Positions 1 to 9,110 of a DNA stretch of 29,747 nt are shown one piece after another. Source of the stretch: a bacterium (GTDB lineage: Bacteria > Zhuqueibacterota > Zhuqueibacteria > Oceanimicrobiales > Oceanimicrobiaceae). The number at the start of each line of letters is the position of its first letter. Position 1 is the stretch's first letter. The notes below the pieces were generated by a model. That model was not told the origin of the DNA, made no database searches, and saw nothing but the letters and a program-made list of their open reading frames with translations. The stretch is taken from assembly GCA_046758365.1 (NCBI GenBank), contig JBHIAC010000025.1, positions 1-29,747 of the forward strand. Direction: 5' to 3'. The position numbers and the translations under genes were made by a program.

Positions 1-511
1 CTTTTGCCATAAACCGCTTCACCGTGGTTTCATTGCCGATGAGGGCTACCACAATGTCGCCGTTGTTGGCCCGTTTTGTAGCGCGGACGATCACTAGGTC
101 ATCTTGGTAAATACCTGCATTAGCCATGCTGTCTCCTTGAACCCGCAGGGCAAAGTAGTTCCCCTTCGACGGCAGGAGATATTTGGGTACCGTGAGGTAG
201 CGTTCCACATTTTCTTCTGCCAGCAGGGGAGACCCTGCGGCAACGGCACCTACCAGAGGAACACTGTTTTCCTCCGGGCTGTCTAGAAAACCCAAGGATT
301 CCAAAATCCGGATGCCTCGTGCTGCGCCCCCTTCTCGTTTACCAATGTACCCTTTTTTTTCTAACGCTGTCAGGTGCTTGAGAACGGCATTTTTAGACCT
401 TACCCCCAACTCGTCGGCTAACTCCTGCATGGTGGGTGGATAGCCAACCCCTTTGACTTTTTCAGCAATGAGCCTTAAGACTTCTTTCTGTCTTTCAGTT
501 AATTTTCTCAT
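1..511 (-). CDS. lexA: LexA SOS repressor (3' end runs off the window; missing from the ORF track)
   Basis: Manual translation from ATG 511: MRKLTERQKEVLRLIAEK..GYPPTMQELADELG..SKNAVLKHLTALEKKGYI (winged HTH), VPLVGAVAAGSP (Ala-Gly cleavage site), LRVQGDSM (catalytic Ser), ETTVKRF (catalytic Lys). Confidence 0.96.
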   Translation of the reverse strand, partial: MRKLTERQKEVLRLIAEKVKGVGYPPTMQELADELGVRSKNAVLKHLTALEKKGYIGKREGGAARGIRILESLGFLDSPEENSVPLVGAVAAGSPLLAEENVERYLTVPKYLLPSKGNYFALRVQGDSMANAGIYQDDLVIVRATKRANNGDIVVALIGNETTVKRFMAK

Positions 512-561
512 GGCCTTTCCCTTTTTTGTTTTGAAAAATGAATGATTAAAACACCGAATAA

Positions 562-596
562 GGTGAACGAATATATAGGGTGCTATAATGTACACC
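562..596. promoter_or_regulatory. Candidate LexA operator pair
   Basis: GGTGAACGAATATATAG (562-578) and GGTGCTATAATGTACACC (579-596), with inverted GGTGWAC half-sites, lie directly downstream of the predicted lexA -10 box. Confidence 0.5.
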
Positions 597-599
597 TTA

Positions 600-628
600 A
601 TAATACAAAATAAATTTGAAAAAGTCAA
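600..628 (-). promoter_or_regulatory. sigma70-type promoter of lexA
   Basis: Minus strand TTGACT (628-623) - 17 bp - TATTAT (605-600). Confidence 0.6.
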
Positions 629-869
629 GCTTTTAATTATAAAAGTTGTTTTGAAAAATTAATGAAGAAGATAGATTCTAAAAATCAATAGCGGAATATA
701 ATTAAACAGATTCAGCCTCGTTTTTTTTCCAGAAAAAATCATAAGACAGCGTTAGCGGCTAAAATAAATAGAATACCCGTTGAATTGGTTTTTAAAGGGT
801 TCTTCATATTCACACCTCAATCCTTTCGGTTAGAAGTTTTATCAATTATTAACTAATTACCACAGCGTT

Positions 870-974
870 AACGAACTTCGCAAATTTTCTTTAACCAAAC
901 AAGAAAAAGAGGACTTAATTGCGTTTCTCCACGCTCTGACCGATGACCGCTCTTTTAGAATTCTTGACATTTAG
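870..974 (+). pseudogene. C-terminal relic of a di-heme cytochrome c peroxidase/MauG-family gene
   Basis: Frame from 870 reads NELRKFSLTKQEKEDLIAFLHALTDDRSF, resembling the family's LT..EK.DL.AFL.ALTD C-terminal motif; no CxxCH-bearing upstream part seen. Confidence 0.55.
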
Positions 975-992
975 TAAATAAATTAATAACCT
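964..992 (+). promoter_or_regulatory. sigma70-type promoter upstream of the MFS gene
   Basis: TTGACA (964-969) - 17 bp - TAACCT (987-992). Confidence 0.4.
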
Positions 993-1137
993 TAGTGTGT
1001 TATCATCTATCTTCTATTTTAATAAATTCTAAGCAGAAAGGATAGAGGTTTAAATTTATTGATGTTTTGTATTTACTTAGATTTTATTAATTTTTATGAT
1101 TCTTTGCATAAGGTAGAGCAAATATTGCGGAGGGATT

Positions 1138-2427
1138 ATGCTGTTTTTCAAAAATAAACAAGAGTTCGGTTGGAGTATGTATGATTGGGCCAATTCGGCA
1201 TTTGCCACAACTGTCATGGCAGTCTTTTTTCCTGCTTTTTTCAAAGATTACTGGAGTCAAGGTGCAGATGTAACGGAAAGCACTGCTATTTTGGGCGCAG
1301 CCAATTCTCTTGCCGGGCTAATGGTAGCTTTGATGGCGCCAATTCTCGGCGCCATTGCAGATTGTGGGAGTTATAAAAAGAAGTTTCTAATTTTCTTTGC
1401 TTATCTTGGTGTGTTGTCCACTGCTACGCTCTTTTTGGTGCATGAAGGTGAATGGCTTTTAGCTGCCTTGACTTACGTACTGGGCACGATTGGATTTTCC
1501 GGCAGTATTATTTTTTATGATTCCATTCTTCCTTCAATTGCAGACGAAAAGAAAATAGACTACGTATCCGCTTTAGGGTATGCCATGGGCTATCTTGGCG
1601 GTGGGTTGCTCATCGTGTTCAATGCTTGGATGTTTTTGAGCCCGCAAACATTTGGACTTGCAGACGAAAGCCAGGCCATAAGACTTTCGTTTATCACGGT
1701 TGCGATTTGGTGGGGCATCTTTTGTTTGCCGATCATATTCTTAGTTCCAGAGCCAAAACGCAGTAAAAGTAAATCCATGAGAGAATCTGTTCGAGATGGA
1801 ATTAATCAACTAAGGAATACTTTCCGCAAAGTTCGACATTTAAAAACTGTATTTCTGTTCTTGATAGCCTACTGGCTTTATATTGACGGGGTGGATACCA
1901 TAGTACGTATGGCGGTTGACTATGGAAAATCTATCGGTTTTGAGAATAAGGACTTGATTGTTGCCATTGTGTTAGTTCAGTTCATAGGTTTCCCTAGCAC
2001 CATCGCATTCGGCCGGGTAGGTGAAAAGATCGGCCCGAAACGAGCCATTTATATTGCTATAGTGGTGTACCTGTTCGCTGTACTTTGGGCCAGGGAGATG
2101 ACGCAGAAGTACGAATTCTACGGCCTTGCTGTGACTATCGGACTGGTTCAAGGTGGAATCCAGGCCTTAAGCCGTTCTTTCTATTCTCGCATCATTCCCC
2201 ACGATCAAGCCGCAGAGTTCTATGGTTTTTACAATCTTCTCGGGAAATTTGCGGTTATTCTCGGCCCGATTTTGATAGGGGTGACCGGACTCATTTCTAA
2301 AAATCCACGAACCGGAATTACGTCGATTGCAGTACTTTTTCTTGTGGGTGGGATTTTACTCTATTTTACAGATGAACAGAAAGGCGTACAAGAAGTTAAA
2401 TATCTCACACTCACTAATGTAAATTGA
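1138..2427 (+). CDS. MFS transporter, UMF1/Atg22-like family
   Basis: WSMYDWANSAF N-terminal motif, about 12 hydrophobic segments, QALSRSFYSRIIP..AEFYGFY..GK motif; GGAGGG RBS. Confidence 0.9.
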   Translation: MLFFKNKQEFGWSMYDWANSAFATTVMAVFFPAFFKDYWSQGADVTESTAILGAANSLAGLMVALMAPILGAIADCGSYKKKFLIFFAYLGVLSTATLFLVHEGEWLLAALTYVLGTIGFSGSIIFYDSILPSIADEKKIDYVSALGYAMGYLGGGLLIVFNAWMFLSPQTFGLADESQAIRLSFITVAIWWGIFCLPIIFLVPEPKRSKSKSMRESVRDGINQLRNTFRKVRHLKTVFLFLIAYWLYIDGVDTIVRMAVDYGKSIGFENKDLIVAIVLVQFIGFPSTIAFGRVGEKIGPKRAIYIAIVVYLFAVLWAREMTQKYEFYGLAVTIGLVQGGIQALSRSFYSRIIPHDQAAEFYGFYNLLGKFAVILGPILIGVTGLISKNPRTGITSIAVLFLVGGILLYFTDEQKGVQEVKYLTLTNVN

Positions 2428-2517
2428 TATTTTTCGAGCAAAAAATTATTGTCGTAGAAATTAAAATCTTTGCCTCTAAAATACTAATCTATTATTAATA
2501 AATTTCTATTCTCTTAG

Positions 2518-2543
2518 GCAACCCTTCTTCAAAAATTAACGTC
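2518..2543 (+). promoter_or_regulatory. ECF sigma-type (autoregulatory) promoter
   Basis: GCAACC (2518-2523)...CGTC (2540-2543), i.e. AAC-N17-CGT, about 55 bp upstream of the ECF sigma gene. Confidence 0.65.
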
Positions 2544-2596
2544 CTATAAATCGAAATGTTGAGACAATTTCACACAACTATTTAACGGAGCGAATA

Positions 2597-3223
2597 TTGC
2601 CGCTGGCGGCTTTTAGAAACTCAAGAAAAATCAAAAAGTCTTCGGAGTCCAGTCAAATAAAGTTAGACCTTGATGCTGAAATTGTTCAAGGCTGTAAAAA
2701 CGGTAATAGAAACGCCCAGTATGAACTTTACCAGCGATATAAAGATTGGGTTTTTAATATTGCCTATCTTATGTCTAACAACCAGCAGGAGGCAGAGGAT
2801 TTAACGCAGTGTGTATTTTTACGGGTGTTTATCAAAATAAATTCATTTCGTGGTGATTCAGCTTTTTCATCATGGCTATATCGGTTAACCATGAATATAT
2901 GCATAAATCACTTTCGGAAAGAGAAGAAAAGAAAAGATAAAATATCTAATGAACTGTCGGATTGGGAAAGTAGAAATCCTCAAAGCTACAAAAAGAAAGA
3001 GGATAGAATTGAATTGAAACCGTACCTCGAAAAAGCCATTAGTACTTTGCCCGAAGGCTATCGAATGGTTTTTATCCTTCACGATGTTGAGGGATACCTC
3101 CATAAAGAGATTGGCAAGATGTTGAACATTTCAGAAGGGACTTCAAAATCACAATTACACAAAGCAAGAAAAGAATTGAGGCAAATACTTGAACCTTATT
3201 TGATGATTCACAAAAATTTATGA
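2597..3223 (+). CDS. ECF-subfamily RNA polymerase sigma factor
   Basis: Region 2 AEDLTQ.VF...SFRGDSAFSSWLYR; region 4 LPEGYRMVFILHDVEG..HKEIG.ML.ISEGTSKSQLHKAR. Confidence 0.95.
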   Translation: MPLAAFRNSRKIKKSSESSQIKLDLDAEIVQGCKNGNRNAQYELYQRYKDWVFNIAYLMSNNQQEAEDLTQCVFLRVFIKINSFRGDSAFSSWLYRLTMNICINHFRKEKKRKDKISNELSDWESRNPQSYKKKEDRIELKPYLEKAISTLPEGYRMVFILHDVEGYLHKEIGKMLNISEGTSKSQLHKARKELRQILEPYLMIHKNL

Positions 3224-3237
3224 TAGGGAGTCATGTT

Positions 3238-4029
3238 ATGAAATGCAAAAACTTTCAAAATGCACTTTCCGATTATCTTGATAAAAAGATCTCTGATGTT
3301 GAAAAAATAGAATTTGAGAACCATCTTAAAGAATGTGCTGATTGTTCTATTGAATATGAAGCAATGAAGCTTATTTTATCAGAAGCCTCAAAACTGGAAA
3401 AAGTTAAAACCCCTGAATATTTGTGGAAGAATATTGAAGCCCAAATCAATGTAGTCGAAGATGGAATTTTAACAAAAATATCAAACAAATTTTCCGAACT
3501 TGGACTAATAATAAAAAGCGCTTTTAAAATACCAGTACCTGTTATTCGAATAGCAGGAGTTGCCGCAGTTCTTTTAATTGGAATCGTAATAGGTAGGTAT
3601 TTTTTCCCCGGTATCTTAAAAGATGATTTTCAACGTCAAGCGAACACGAAGGCAATAAACTATAAGATGATAAGCAGTCGTACAGACAAATTCATTGAAA
3701 AATCAAAAATCCTGTTTCTTGGGATAATAAATGTTGATTCAGAGCAGGCTGCGAAAATAGATTTAAGCACGGAAACAAGAATTGCTCACCAATTAATCAA
3801 AGAAGCTTCATTCTTGAATGAAAACATGCCATTAAGGAGAAACGAACAGATTAGACAACTGATCAGTGAACTGGAAATGATTCTCCTTGAAATCGCTAAC
3901 ATGGAAGAACAAGTAGATATTGAAAACATAGAATTAATCAAAAGTGGGATTGATCGTAAAAGCCTATTACTTAAAATTAACCTCTACAGTTTGAGCGAGG
4001 AAGAGAATAAGGTAGGCTTTAATTTATGA
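3238..4029 (+). CDS. Zinc-finger (zf-HC2/ZAS) transmembrane anti-sigma factor
   Basis: MKCKNFQNALSDYLD...HLKECADC (HxxxCxxC), one TM segment (IAGVAAVLLIGIVIG), extracytoplasmic tail; directly after the sigma gene; ATG 3238 preferred because of the GGGAG RBS. Confidence 0.88.
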   Translation: MKCKNFQNALSDYLDKKISDVEKIEFENHLKECADCSIEYEAMKLILSEASKLEKVKTPEYLWKNIEAQINVVEDGILTKISNKFSELGLIIKSAFKIPVPVIRIAGVAAVLLIGIVIGRYFFPGILKDDFQRQANTKAINYKMISSRTDKFIEKSKILFLGIINVDSEQAAKIDLSTETRIAHQLIKEASFLNENMPLRRNEQIRQLISELEMILLEIANMEEQVDIENIELIKSGIDRKSLLLKINLYSLSEEENKVGFNL

Positions 4030-4107
4030 CGTAGGTGCAAAGTTGAAATTATCCTATTTCAACCTCTTATCTGTTAAGATTTATTTAATTTGAATGGAGT
4101 GAGCCAA

Positions 4108-5430
4108 ATGCAAACCTTAACCAAAAAATCTCTTATAAGTGGATTAGCTGCGTTACTTTTACTCAACACAAATATTGTTTTGATTGCAGTAGAAAAATCA
4201 TTTGCTGGATTAATATTATTACCATCTTGGCAGCAGTCCGACCCTGCTTATGAGGTTTACAAAAAAGCTAAAGATTTGTTTTACGATGAGAAATATGTAG
4301 AAGCAAATAAAGTATTTGAATTAATTATTAAAAAATATCCAAAAAGTAAATTTATAGATGATGCAAGTTTTTGGCTGGCTTATAGTTTTGAAAAAAAAGG
4401 TAAGGATGATGAAAAAGCCTTTGAAGCTTATAAACAAGTTATCGAGCAGTTTCCAGAAAGCAAATGGGCCAATGATGCTAAAGCAAATATGCTCAAGCTG
4501 GCCAAAAAACTTTACAAACAAGGCCACGAAAAATACAAAGTTTATTTGGAAGAATCGGGAGAAGATCCTGATGAGGACGTAAAAATTGCGGCATTAACCG
4601 CTCTTGGACAATTAGATAGTGAAGAAGCTTTACCTATTTTAAAAGATGTTCTCAAAACGAGTAAAAGCAGGAGATTAAAAGAGAAAGCTGTTTTCGCCAT
4701 TAGCCAAATAGGTGGAAGAGAGGCTATCGAAATTCTTATAGAATTGGCTAAGAGCAATTCGGATCCTGAAATCCGTGAAAAAGCGGTATTCTGGATCGGT
4801 CAAGAGGGGGGAGAGGAAAACCTCAATCTTTTATATGATATATTCAATACAACAACTAATCGCGAAGTTAGAGAAAAATGTGTATTTTCAATTAGTCAGA
4901 TTGGTGGCTCTAAGTCCATTGAAATTTTAGAGAACATAGCTAAAACAGATAACGAACCTGAAATTCGCGAGAAAGCTATATTTTGGATTGGACAACAAGG
5001 CGGTACTAATAGTCTGGAAACTCTATTAGATATTTTTAACACGACCCAAAACACCGAAGTCAAAGAGAAGATAGTATTTTCCATCAGTCAAATTGGTGGC
5101 GAGAGGGCAATGACCATTCTTGAAGGATTTGCTAAAGATGATTCTAATCCTGAAATACAGGAAAAAGCAATTTTCTGGATTGGGCAGCAAGGTGGTTCTA
5201 AAAGTTTAAATAAACTAATCCCAATATACAAAACGATAAAAAATTTTGAAGCAAAGGAAAAAGTTTTATTCTCAGCAAGTCAAATTAATACCGAAAACGC
5301 AATTGACTTTCTAATCGATGTTGCTAAAAATGATAAGGATATTCACCTCAGGAAAAAGGCAATTTTCTGGCTTGGTCAATCGGGGCATTCGAAAGCACGG
5401 AAAGCTCTGATGGAAATAATTAATCAATGA
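4108..5430 (+). CDS. Exported protein: TPR (BamD/YfiO-like) domain plus HEAT/PBS-lyase-like repeats
   Basis: Hydrophobic N-terminus; FELIIKKYPKSKFIDDASFWLAY and QFPESKWANDA TPR motifs; 8 repeats of about 32 aa alternating KxVFSISQ / KAxFWxGQ; ATG 4108 follows GGAGT. Confidence 0.85.
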   Translation: MQTLTKKSLISGLAALLLLNTNIVLIAVEKSFAGLILLPSWQQSDPAYEVYKKAKDLFYDEKYVEANKVFELIIKKYPKSKFIDDASFWLAYSFEKKGKDDEKAFEAYKQVIEQFPESKWANDAKANMLKLAKKLYKQGHEKYKVYLEESGEDPDEDVKIAALTALGQLDSEEALPILKDVLKTSKSRRLKEKAVFAISQIGGREAIEILIELAKSNSDPEIREKAVFWIGQEGGEENLNLLYDIFNTTTNREVREKCVFSISQIGGSKSIEILENIAKTDNEPEIREKAIFWIGQQGGTNSLETLLDIFNTTQNTEVKEKIVFSISQIGGERAMTILEGFAKDDSNPEIQEKAIFWIGQQGGSKSLNKLIPIYKTIKNFEAKEKVLFSASQINTENAIDFLIDVAKNDKDIHLRKKAIFWLGQSGHSKARKALMEIINQ

Positions 5431-5614
5431 AACCCTAGTGGGGCATAGCCATAAATTTGAGCATTGTTTAAGGCTTTGAACATTAAATCATTTACCGTTA
5501 AAGGGAATAGGTGATAAGGGAATAAGGTATAAGGTTTAGCAGTCATGTAAGATAAGGAATCCTTATATCCCGATGTCCTTATTTCCTTGTTGCTGTGTTG
5601 CCCTTTTGGGACAA

Positions 5615-5638
5615 AATTTTTTTGCACAAAAAACAAAG
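5615..5638 (+). repeat. 24-bp exact repeat, copy 1 (copy 2 at 24506-24529)
   Basis: AATTTTTTTGCACAAAAAACAAAG. Confidence 0.7.
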
Positions 5639-5796
5639 TAATTGGTCCAAAAGCTGACCTTCTTAACTAATGAAAAGAGCTTTGGTTATTAAAGAGTTAC
5701 ATACAGTTATGAAAACCAATATTTTGATAAAAAGTAAGAGAAGGTCAACTTATTGCAGTATACTCATAATTTCATTCTTTACTTTTGGAGGGAAAG

Positions 5797-7185
5797 ATGA
5801 AATTTTTTTTCTCAAAATACACTCATATTTTGACTATTCTCCTAACGGCATTAACAATAATTCTAATTCCTTTGGAGAGAACAGATTCCCAAGAAGTTAT
5901 TCAACTGCCTGATAAGTTTATTAAACTTGACAATGAATCAAAAAATTTACAAGAGAAAATTTCAATTGTAAAGAAACAATTTGAAAAAGAATATGATGGC
6001 ACTTTGTTTTGGATCGGCTACCAATTCGAATTATGTGAGGATAAAGAAATTTATTATGATGAAATCGATATCCATGAAGATGGTGGAATAACTATCTCAA
6101 AAGGCGGAAAAGGTTGGCTCCATCTAAGAGAAGATGATGATTTGAAACTACACATACTTCAAGCTTTGAGTGAATTGGGTGATGAAAAGGCAAAAGAAGA
6201 GTTTGAAAAGAGAATGGAAGAATTCTTTGATTATAAAGATATATCTCTTGGACTTTTTTTTCTTATAGATTCAAATAATAGGCGAATTAATAAAATTAAG
6301 CTTTTCAACCTATTAAGGATAAAAAATCTTAATAATTATCCTATTTTTTGGTTTGGCAAAGTTGACAATAACGATAGTTTTAATTTTCTAACCTCAATTG
6401 TTGAAGATGACAGCTATCCCAAAAGAGTAAAAAAGCCTGCAGTTTTTGTCATAAGCCTTCACGAGCACCCACAAGTTATTTCCTTTTTAACAAAAATCGC
6501 ACAAGGAGATCAATCATTTGAAATCAGAAAAAGTTCTGTATTTTGGCTGGGACAGATTCCTGAAGAAGAAAGTTTTAATGCGCTTGTCCAAATATTTGAC
6601 AAAGAAAGAAACGGAGCAATGAGGGAGAAGATTGTATTTGCTTTGAGTCAACATAAGAGTGATAAAGTGGCTAAGCAGCTTGATAAGATTGCTCAAAATG
6701 ATCGAGACTTTGAAGTAAGGGAAAAAGCAATATTTTGGCTCGGACAGAAAGATAGCGAAGAAACTTTAGACATTCTAAAAAATATTATAGAAAGTACAAA
6801 AAGCACAAGGCTCAAAGAAAAAGTTGTATTCTCCATTAGTCAACACGAAAACAAAAATGCGGCTCCTATTTTGATTGATGTTGCTAAAAACAATAAAAAC
6901 AGAGCAGTTCGAGAAAAGGCTATTTTCTGGTTGGGTCAAATGGCGGGTAGAAAAACATTAAAAGCTTTGAGTGACATAGTTGAGAATGATGAGGTAACAG
7001 AGGTTAAAACAAAAGCTGTTTTTGCAATCAGCCAGCATGAGGATAAAGAATTAGCCGCTGAAATGCTTATTGAAATTGCTAAAAAGAATCCAAATCCAGA
7101 AGTAAGAAAAAAGGCAATATTTTGGCTGAGCCAGATAGGAGATGAGCGTGTAGTTGATTTTTTCAGAGAAATTTTAACTAATTGA
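5797..7185 (+). CDS. Second exported HEAT-repeat protein
   Basis: Signal-like N-terminus (MKFFFSKYTHILTILLTALTIILIP); 8 alternating repeats (KxVFxxSQH / KAIFWLGQ); GGAGGG RBS before ATG 5797. Confidence 0.85.
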   Translation: MKFFFSKYTHILTILLTALTIILIPLERTDSQEVIQLPDKFIKLDNESKNLQEKISIVKKQFEKEYDGTLFWIGYQFELCEDKEIYYDEIDIHEDGGITISKGGKGWLHLREDDDLKLHILQALSELGDEKAKEEFEKRMEEFFDYKDISLGLFFLIDSNNRRINKIKLFNLLRIKNLNNYPIFWFGKVDNNDSFNFLTSIVEDDSYPKRVKKPAVFVISLHEHPQVISFLTKIAQGDQSFEIRKSSVFWLGQIPEEESFNALVQIFDKERNGAMREKIVFALSQHKSDKVAKQLDKIAQNDRDFEVREKAIFWLGQKDSEETLDILKNIIESTKSTRLKEKVVFSISQHENKNAAPILIDVAKNNKNRAVREKAIFWLGQMAGRKTLKALSDIVENDEVTEVKTKAVFAISQHEDKELAAEMLIEIAKKNPNPEVRKKAIFWLSQIGDERVVDFFREILTN

Positions 7186-7474
7186 TAAAGATGAAAATAT
7201 CTGGCTTCATGTCTTGCGAGCTCTTGTGGAACTAGCTGATGAAAAAGCCCTGCCATATTTGGAAGATTTCTTGAAGAAGGAAGAAAATCCCAAAATTAGA
7301 AAAAGAATATTGCACTATATCGCGGAAATTGATATTCGTGAAGCAATTGATGTTCTCGGCCAAATTGCAAGGCATGATCCCGACTTAGGGGTGTGAAAAA
7401 GAGCTATTTATTATCTTGGACAAACGGGGGGTAAAAATGCGATTAAAATTTTCAAGGAAATTTTGAAGGAATAA
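7181..7474 (+). pseudogene. Third HEAT-repeat fragment with an in-frame TGA
   Basis: IDKDENIWLHVLRALVELADEKALPYL...HDPDLGV*KRAIYYLGQTGGKNAIKIFKEILKE*; TGA at 7394-7396 aligns with the Arg of VRKKAIFWL; no convincing start. Confidence 0.75.
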
Positions 7475-7675
7475 TTGCGCTTACTTTTTAATCTCTTTAC
7501 CGCAAATTGAATATTGACAAGACTATTGTAAAAAATGAAATTCGCTATTATCGTACTTTGACCTAAAGGCAATACAATGGCTGAAGCAGGCGTCCATGCC
7601 TGCGCTGATTCTCATATTATGTCATAAGTGAATCGGGGCGGTTGTTTTAAGTTAATGTTAAGTTAAGAAATAGGT

Positions 7676-7746
7676 AACTGCGAAAAAGATTTTGACGCGA
7701 AAGACAAATTCTCATTAGGCTTTCGCGTTTGAATATTTTCGCGGTT
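7676..7746. repeat. Imperfect long inverted repeat (REP/MITE-like hairpin)
   Basis: aactgcgaaaaagattttgacgcgaaag ... ctttcgcgtttgaatattttcgcggtt. Confidence 0.55.
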
Positions 7747-8006
7747 TAAAGAATCCCGAATTTCCAATATTTCTATTGTTCGGTAGAAATGACACCCGTG
7801 TTTTAACTTTTTGGACAGCCCCCATTCAAATGGACTTTGAGTTGCCCACCATGTTAATTACCCGTTTGACAGGTAGCCAACCAAGTGTGAGTTAGAGTAA
7901 TCCAACAGGTGAAGCCTTTTGTAGCGAAGGAGATACCAGCCATACTATTGACCACCAAATGATTTGACTTTATCAGCACCTAAAACATTTACATAAAAGG
8001 AAAATA

Positions 8007-8035
8007 TTGACATTAAAATTCGAAATGTTTATATT
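8007..8035 (+). promoter_or_regulatory. sigma70-type promoter of the lipoprotein-TonB receptor pair
   Basis: TTGACA (8007-8012) - 17 bp - TATATT (8030-8035). Confidence 0.55.
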
Positions 8036-8096
8036 TAGCAAAATTTAAAAGGGATTGGATTTGGAGACCATGGCTTGTTAAGGAGGGATGTTTTAA

Positions 8097-9047
8097 ATGG
8101 AGAGAAATTCAAAGCGGCGATTGTTCGGCGCTTTTTGTGTGTTAGGGGTGATACTTTTCTCATTAATTATTTTCTATGCGTGCAATGATTTTGGAGTCGA
8201 AGCGGATTTTTTTTGCTGTAATATCCGGGGTGAAATAATAATAAATACAGTCGTACCTAAGAACACCGATGAAATTCGTGTTGCTGTGACTAAGAATTAT
8301 CCACCCACAGATATTCTAAGTCTTATCTGGACCCCAGAGCGTTTACCGGTTAAAATAGATACGAATGTTACCACCCAAAGCGTGCCATTCGATTTACTGG
8401 TGCCAATGGGCGCGTATGCCGCCGTCTTTGCTATTTGGAAAGAAAAGAACGAATCATTTAGCCCTACTGATATCATCGGTCTATATGGAGACCTCCTTGG
8501 AAACGAACCAATTCCTATATCTATTGGTGAAGAAGATTCGATCGCTGAAGATATCGACATCGATATTGATTTTTCAAAGGTGATCCGAAACGCTAAAATT
8601 GAAGGTAGGATCACCTATGTAAACGAAAGTGTACCAGTTCTTCCTGAGGAATGGCCGAGGAATACCGGCATTGTGGCTATTGGTGCATTTAACGAGATAC
8701 CGGGTGGTTTTATTGAAAATAATTTTTCTTTAGAAGATATGAATAGTGAAAATCCTTTCTCGGCAGAAGATTTCGATAAGCTTTTAGTTTTTGAACAATT
8801 TCCCATCAGGGTAGAACAATTTGATTATCGGTTGAGAGTAAGTTCCGCGGACGTTAAACTAGTGGCTTTGTTTTGGATACCGGAGGGTGCAATTCTTGAG
8901 GTGATTGAAAGAATACAAGTTTTAGGATTTTATCGTGATCCCAATTTGCCAGAACAGCCGGGAAAATTTTCAATAGAGGAAAATGAGACCGTCAGTGGGA
9001 TTGATATCATAGCAGATTTTGCGACCTGCTTGGAATGCGAATTTTAA
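8097..9047 (+). CDS. Acidic lipoprotein with an internally duplicated domain, function unknown
   Basis: Basic N-terminus, hydrophobic core, FYA-C lipobox-like site; two similar halves (IRGEI...VPKNT / IEGRI...WPRNT; DIDIDIDF / GIDIIADF); AGGAGG RBS. Confidence 0.7.
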   Translation: MERNSKRRLFGAFCVLGVILFSLIIFYACNDFGVEADFFCCNIRGEIIINTVVPKNTDEIRVAVTKNYPPTDILSLIWTPERLPVKIDTNVTTQSVPFDLLVPMGAYAAVFAIWKEKNESFSPTDIIGLYGDLLGNEPIPISIGEEDSIAEDIDIDIDFSKVIRNAKIEGRITYVNESVPVLPEEWPRNTGIVAIGAFNEIPGGFIENNFSLEDMNSENPFSAEDFDKLLVFEQFPIRVEQFDYRLRVSSADVKLVALFWIPEGAILEVIERIQVLGFYRDPNLPEQPGKFSIEENETVSGIDIIADFATCLECEF

Positions 9048-9110
9048 CAAAATAAAAAACCACTGGTATGGATGGCGGGTTTTGAGAACATCGATAATTA
9101 AGGAGATTTC

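Noticed and set aside
104..286. 60-aa plus-strand ORF
   Set aside because: Antisense shadow of lexA
5424..5912. ORFs 5424-5636 (-) and 5670-5912 (+)
   Set aside because: No recognisable motifs; they overlap real genes or repeat-rich spacer DNA
4660..7140. Periodic DNA similarity suggesting a repeat array or CRISPR
   Set aside because: Explained by protein-level HEAT repeats; no identical repeats with unique spacers and no cas genes
7394..7396. TGA as selenocysteine or evidence of a recoded genetic code
   Set aside because: The aligned residue is Arg, not Cys or Trp; other genes here end normally at TGA; no SECIS-like hairpin evident
7806..7822. ACTTTTTGGACAGCCCC as a possible IS end
   Set aside because: No partner inverted repeat, target duplication or transposase found
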